A stretch of 64,000 nucleotides of DNA from Nitrospirales bacterium (GTDB taxonomy: Bacteria > Nitrospirota > Nitrospiria > Nitrospirales > UBA8639): the NCBI GenBank assembly GCA_965223295.1, contig CBDCWC010000002.1, positions 1,120,001 through 1,184,000 on the forward strand. The letters run 5' to 3'. The notes below the pieces were generated by a model that saw only the letters and a program-made list of their open reading frames with translations, was not told the DNA's origin and made no database searches. Positions within the stretch are counted from its first letter, which is position 1; each line of letters opens with the position of its first letter. The position numbers and the translations under genes were made by a program. Of the stretch, positions 60,465-64,000 are shown in pieces.

Positions 60465-61520
60465 TCACAAAATAGTTTCGGCTGACTCACTCGATATCAT
60501 CTGCCATTCTAGTGCCTGTTCACGAAGGGCTCCCAATTGTCGCACCACCTTCTCCAACCGTTGCCGTGATATATCTTGAAATTGCATCGACATCACGATG
60601 TCGGTCACTAGATTGGCATGTTTTTGAGCCGATTCCGTGGCATGGAGAACACCTTCTTCCAGTTTCGTACTTTTAGTTTCTAGAATTTTGGTGATCTCCC
60701 CAACTCGCTCACGCGTCGTGAGAGCACCAGTCAAGTCGATCGAAGAGAAACCTTGCAGTGCAGTAATGGCCTTTTCTGTACTGGCATTTACGGCTTGAAC
60801 AACGCCTTGGATATTGGCTGCAGCGACTCGTGATCGATTGGCCAGCTTTGCAACTTCTTCAGCCACCACGGCAAACCCTCGACCAGCTTCTTTTGCCCGA
60901 GCCGCTTCAATGGCCGCATTGAGAGCTAACAAACGGGTTTGATCGGCAATGAATTCAATTTCTTCCAACAAGGGAGTGATACGCTGAGTACTGCTCTCAA
61001 CATCCTCAACAACCATGGCCACATCCATTCCCAATTGCGAGAACTCCACTACACTTTGCGCGAATGTACTAATAATGAGATTTGTTTCATCTAACAACGA
61101 TGTATCAGTTTGACCATGGCCTTCAGGAGGGCTTTGAAATTGGGAGGCGGTCACATTAGCGTCCTGAATGGCACCATCGGTAATCTCTTGGAACCGGCAA
61201 ATCAATTCGATCACGGCTTCTTCCACAATATTCACTACCTCTTGGATTTGCGTCACCGAATCGTCAATGACCGGATTCAATATCTCGGCATCCTGCCGAC
61301 GAGTTTCAGCCTGTACTCTGGACTCAATCTCCTGGATCAGTTCTTGAACATGCTGAGGCCACACATTCTGACGCAGCCAATACATGGCCCCACCAGCTCC
61401 TAGAGCGATGCCGAGACCGAGGTACATGATGTCAACAAGCATCAGTTTCCTGCTATTCCAATTTTGGTGCATGACCTTTGGCAAATGCCGAAGGCAATCA
61501 AATCGTGTGTGTGCTATCAC
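60465..61520 (-). CDS. Short MCP-like protein with a single TM segment and C-terminal QFQD motif
   Basis: [31 protein letters not shown]. Confidence 0.85.
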   Translation of the reverse strand: MIAHTRFDCLRHLPKVMHQNWNSRKLMLVDIMYLGLGIALGAGGAMYWLRQNVWPQHVQELIQEIESRVQAETRRQDAEILNPVIDDSVTQIQEVVNIVEEAVIELICRFQEITDGAIQDANVTASQFQSPPEGHGQTDTSLLDETNLIISTFAQSVVEFSQLGMDVAMVVEDVESSTQRITPLLEEIEFIADQTRLLALNAAIEAARAKEAGRGFAVVAEEVAKLANRSRVAAANIQGVVQAVNASTEKAITALQGFSSIDLTGALTTRERVGEITKILETKSTKLEEGVLHATESAQKHANLVTDIVMSMQFQDISRQRLEKVVRQLGALREQALEWQMISSESAETIL

Positions 61521-61562
61521 ACCTAGTTCAGAAGAATATTTCGGTTCACTTTATATAGATCT

Positions 61563-62630
61563 TTAAGGATGGGAGAGCATATTTAGATGGGTAAGAATAG
61601 CCGAAGGAATATCATTCAACGGCAGAATCTTATCAACGCCACCAGCTTTGATGGCTTCCTTAGGCATCCCAAATACCACACAGGAGGCTTCGTCCTGCGC
61701 TAGATTAAAGGCACCCGCCTTTTTCATGTCCAACATGCCGGCTGCCCCGTCATTTCCCATACCCGTTAAAATCACTCCAACACTGTTCGCCCCAGCAAAT
61801 TTCGCCACTGATTGAAACATGGGGTCCACAGCCGGCCGATGACGATTGACGGGTGGTTCTTGATTCAAGGTCACGTAATAGCGTGCTCCGCTTCGCCTCA
61901 ACTCCATATGATAGTTTCCGGGAGCCAACAAAGCCTGGCCCGGCAACACACTGTCCCCTTCTTGTGCTTCCTTGACTCCTATTTGACAAAGTTCATTCAA
62001 CCGATCCGCAAAGGTTTTCGTAAATCGTTCTGGCATATGTTGCGTCATGAGAATTGGAGGAGTATTGGGTGGCAACACCTCCAACATCTCACGAAGGGCT
62101 TCCGTTCCGCCAGTTGAAGAGCCAATAGCAATAATCGTATCGGTCGTTTTGATCATGGCAGACTGCTGCGCTAGGGCTTTAATGCGGTCTGCGCAATCTG
62201 CTGGCGGGGTTCGTTTTTTCACTGTCGCTTGAGCGGCGGCTTTTACCTTACTCGTAATTTGTTGAGCGAGATCCTCTAGTCCGTGCTGAATATCCACCGT
62301 TGGCTTGGTCACGAAATCCACGGCACCCGCTTCTAAGGCTTGCATCGTCGTGGCCGCACCTTTATCAGTTAGCGAACTTACCATCACCACAGGCATCGGA
62401 CGAGCTGCCATAAGTTTGTGCAGAAAGGTCAACCCATCCATTTTGGGCATTTCTACATCCAATGTCAGAACATCCGGCGCCAATGTTTTGATCTTGTCGC
62501 GTGCAGCATAGGGATCCGGCGCTGCCCCGATGACTTCAATCTCAGAATCCTGTGAAAGAATTTCAGTCATCACGCCACGAATCAACGCGGAATCATCAAC
62601 AATCAACACTCGAATCTTCCCGTCACTCAT
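61563..62630 (-). CDS. cheB: Chemotaxis methylesterase CheB
   Basis: REC domain + GSSTGGTEAL, QHMP, HRPAVD, GMGNDG. Confidence 0.95.
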   Translation of the reverse strand: MSDGKIRVLIVDDSALIRGVMTEILSQDSEIEVIGAAPDPYAARDKIKTLAPDVLTLDVEMPKMDGLTFLHKLMAARPMPVVMVSSLTDKGAATTMQALEAGAVDFVTKPTVDIQHGLEDLAQQITSKVKAAAQATVKKRTPPADCADRIKALAQQSAMIKTTDTIIAIGSSTGGTEALREMLEVLPPNTPPILMTQHMPERFTKTFADRLNELCQIGVKEAQEGDSVLPGQALLAPGNYHMELRRSGARYYVTLNQEPPVNRHRPAVDPMFQSVAKFAGANSVGVILTGMGNDGAAGMLDMKKAGAFNLAQDEASCVVFGMPKEAIKAGGVDKILPLNDIPSAILTHLNMLSHP

Positions 62631-62736
62631 ATCCCCTCCCTAAATCGTGAAAAGTAAGAAAGGAGAAGTCAGAAGAAAAAAGATCTGAACTCTTTGCTTG
62701 TCTCATACCTCTCACTTCTAACTTTGACCTTATATC

Positions 62737-63342
62737 TTAAAAAAGAGTTACCTCGGACTGCGCAGGAGCCTGTTGCAGCTTTGCTCGGTATTGCCCCTCC
62801 TCCTCCGCAATAGTTTTCGCAACGACCCGATCAAGCTTCTTTAACAACACTTTTCCGGAATCGGTAAAAAAATACACTTTCCGTGGACACACATCCCCCA
62901 CATTAGCTTTCACGAGCGAAAGCCCCTCTTGCTCCAGAAAGGCTAAGGCCCACGCCGCATTTTTCGCTCCAATATCGATGGTTCCATCATAAATTTTCCC
63001 TCCCCCAAACACTTTGGCTTCCAACCTGTCCTTTTTTCCTCCACGCTTGAGAATGTCATTAATCAACATTTCCATCGCAAAACTTCCATAGCGGCCAGAT
63101 TCGGCCCAGTTATCATGGCCATCGGTTTTGGAGGGCGCGGCTAACATGAAATGATTCATACCTCCGACGTTAACCAATGGATCCCGCAAACAAACTGATA
63201 TGCAGGAACCCAATACCGTATACACCACTTTAGGCTCTTCGCTTACAAAATATTCGCCTGGCAAAATCACCGCGACTTCATAGGGAAAGCGGGTATCTTG
63301 AATCCGGCGGATATGCCCAAATTCCATGTTGGTTGCCGACAT
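62737..63342 (-). CDS. cheD: Chemoreceptor glutamine deamidase CheD
   Basis: TVLGSCISVC, GGMNHFML, KVFGGG, PRKVYF. Confidence 0.94.
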   Translation of the reverse strand: MSATNMEFGHIRRIQDTRFPYEVAVILPGEYFVSEEPKVVYTVLGSCISVCLRDPLVNVGGMNHFMLAAPSKTDGHDNWAESGRYGSFAMEMLINDILKRGGKKDRLEAKVFGGGKIYDGTIDIGAKNAAWALAFLEQEGLSLVKANVGDVCPRKVYFFTDSGKVLLKKLDRVVAKTIAEEEGQYRAKLQQAPAQSEVTLF

Positions 63343-63353
63343 AAATTTTTATA

Positions 63354-63462
63354 GTAAGGAGTGAAGAGTAAGGGGTAAGGAGCAAAAGGAAACAGAAGAA
63401 TCGTTCAAGTATCTACTCCTTACTACTCACTCCTAACTCCTGACTACTTACCTCTTACCACT
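63354..63462. repeat. Degenerate heptamer tandem repeats arranged as an inverted pair
   Basis: GTAAGGA GTGAAGA GTAAGGG GTAAGGA ... TACTCCT TACTACT CACTCCT AACTCCT GACTACT TACCTCT TACCACT. Confidence 0.75.
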
Positions 63463-63468
63463 CTTGGG

Positions 63469-64000
63469 TTATTCAAAAGATTTTTGGTAAATCGTCGGTT
63501 TTACATACGAAAACTGATGTTCAATCCATTGCAGACTTTCAGAATGCCCAATGAAGAGATAGCCTCCAGGACGTAAATAGCGATAAAACTTGCTCATCAG
63601 CGTGGCTTGCGTCGGACGATCAAAATAAATCATGACATTACGGCAAAAAATCACATCCAACGGCGTACGGATAGGAAACGCCGGAGCCATAAGATTAATG
63701 CGGCGAAACGCGATCATCTCAGACAAACGCTTACGAACCTTTAACTTCCCAGCTTGTTCGCCTTTGCCGCGCAGGAAATGGCGACGAACAATATCTTGTG
63801 GAAGTTGTAAGACTCGCTCTTCGTCGTAAATGCCTGAGGCCGCTTTGGCTAACACACGCGTAGAAATATCGGAGGCCAACACTTTTACATCCCAGCTTGC
63901 AAGATCGGGAAGTGAGTCAGCTAACGTCATCGCTATGGTATAGGGCTCTTCTCCCGATGATGACGCGGAGGACCAGATCCGAATCGTACGAGTTGCTTGT
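63469..64000 (-). CDS. cheR: CheR, C-terminal part; 5' end lies beyond the window
   Basis: Frame open to the edge: RIWSSASSSGEEPYTIAM...FCRNVMIYFD...IGHSESL. Confidence 0.92.
   Translation of the reverse strand, partial: QATRTIRIWSSASSSGEEPYTIAMTLADSLPDLASWDVKVLASDISTRVLAKAASGIYDEERVLQLPQDIVRRHFLRGKGEQAGKLKVRKRLSEMIAFRRINLMAPAFPIRTPLDVIFCRNVMIYFDRPTQATLMSKFYRYLRPGGYLFIGHSESLQWIEHQFSYVKPTIYQKSFE

Noticed and set aside
63354-63462. CRISPR array
   Set aside because: The units are degenerate 7-mers without spacers, and there are no cas genes.
633-63829. Numerous 60-170 aa ORFs antisense to or overlapping the annotated genes
   Set aside because: They are shadow frames of well-supported genes and have no independent motifs.

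Overview
A bacterial flagellar, chemotaxis and flagellin-glycosylation region, mostly on the minus strand. Gene order and protein types suggest Nitrospirota, but that assignment is inference. 1-19 kb: glycosylation block with a partial Maf-type gene at the left edge (missed by the ORF track), several glycosyltransferases, an AT-rich plus-strand three-gene island, and pseB-C-G-I plus a convergent pseF. No pseH is seen; two formyltransferases and a PIG-L deacetylase follow pseI instead. 19.8-34.5 kb: flgFGAHIJMNKL, a REC-GGDEF/hybrid kinase pair, fliW, csrA and motAB. 34.5-64 kb: parts of three chemosensory systems (cheY-Z-A-V-mcp-mcp / cheB-W; cheA-W-mcp-Y-B-R-X; cheR-D-B-mcp), plus PilZ, STAS, HD-GYP, an unorthodox kinase and a small HTH protein. 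Main observations: a predicted formyl-substituted (possibly di-formyl) pseudaminic acid pathway; a haem/O2-sensing chemosensory operon (Aer2-type PAS receptor, broken globin gene, CheA with duplicated Hpt); one periplasmic sensor domain wired into two different receptor types; a resolvase-like domain fused to a methyltransferase-glycosyltransferase; readable sigma54, FleQ-like and sigma28 sites; and recurring heptamer inverted repeats in intergenic spacers. All calls come from motif reading by eye; no database searches were run.
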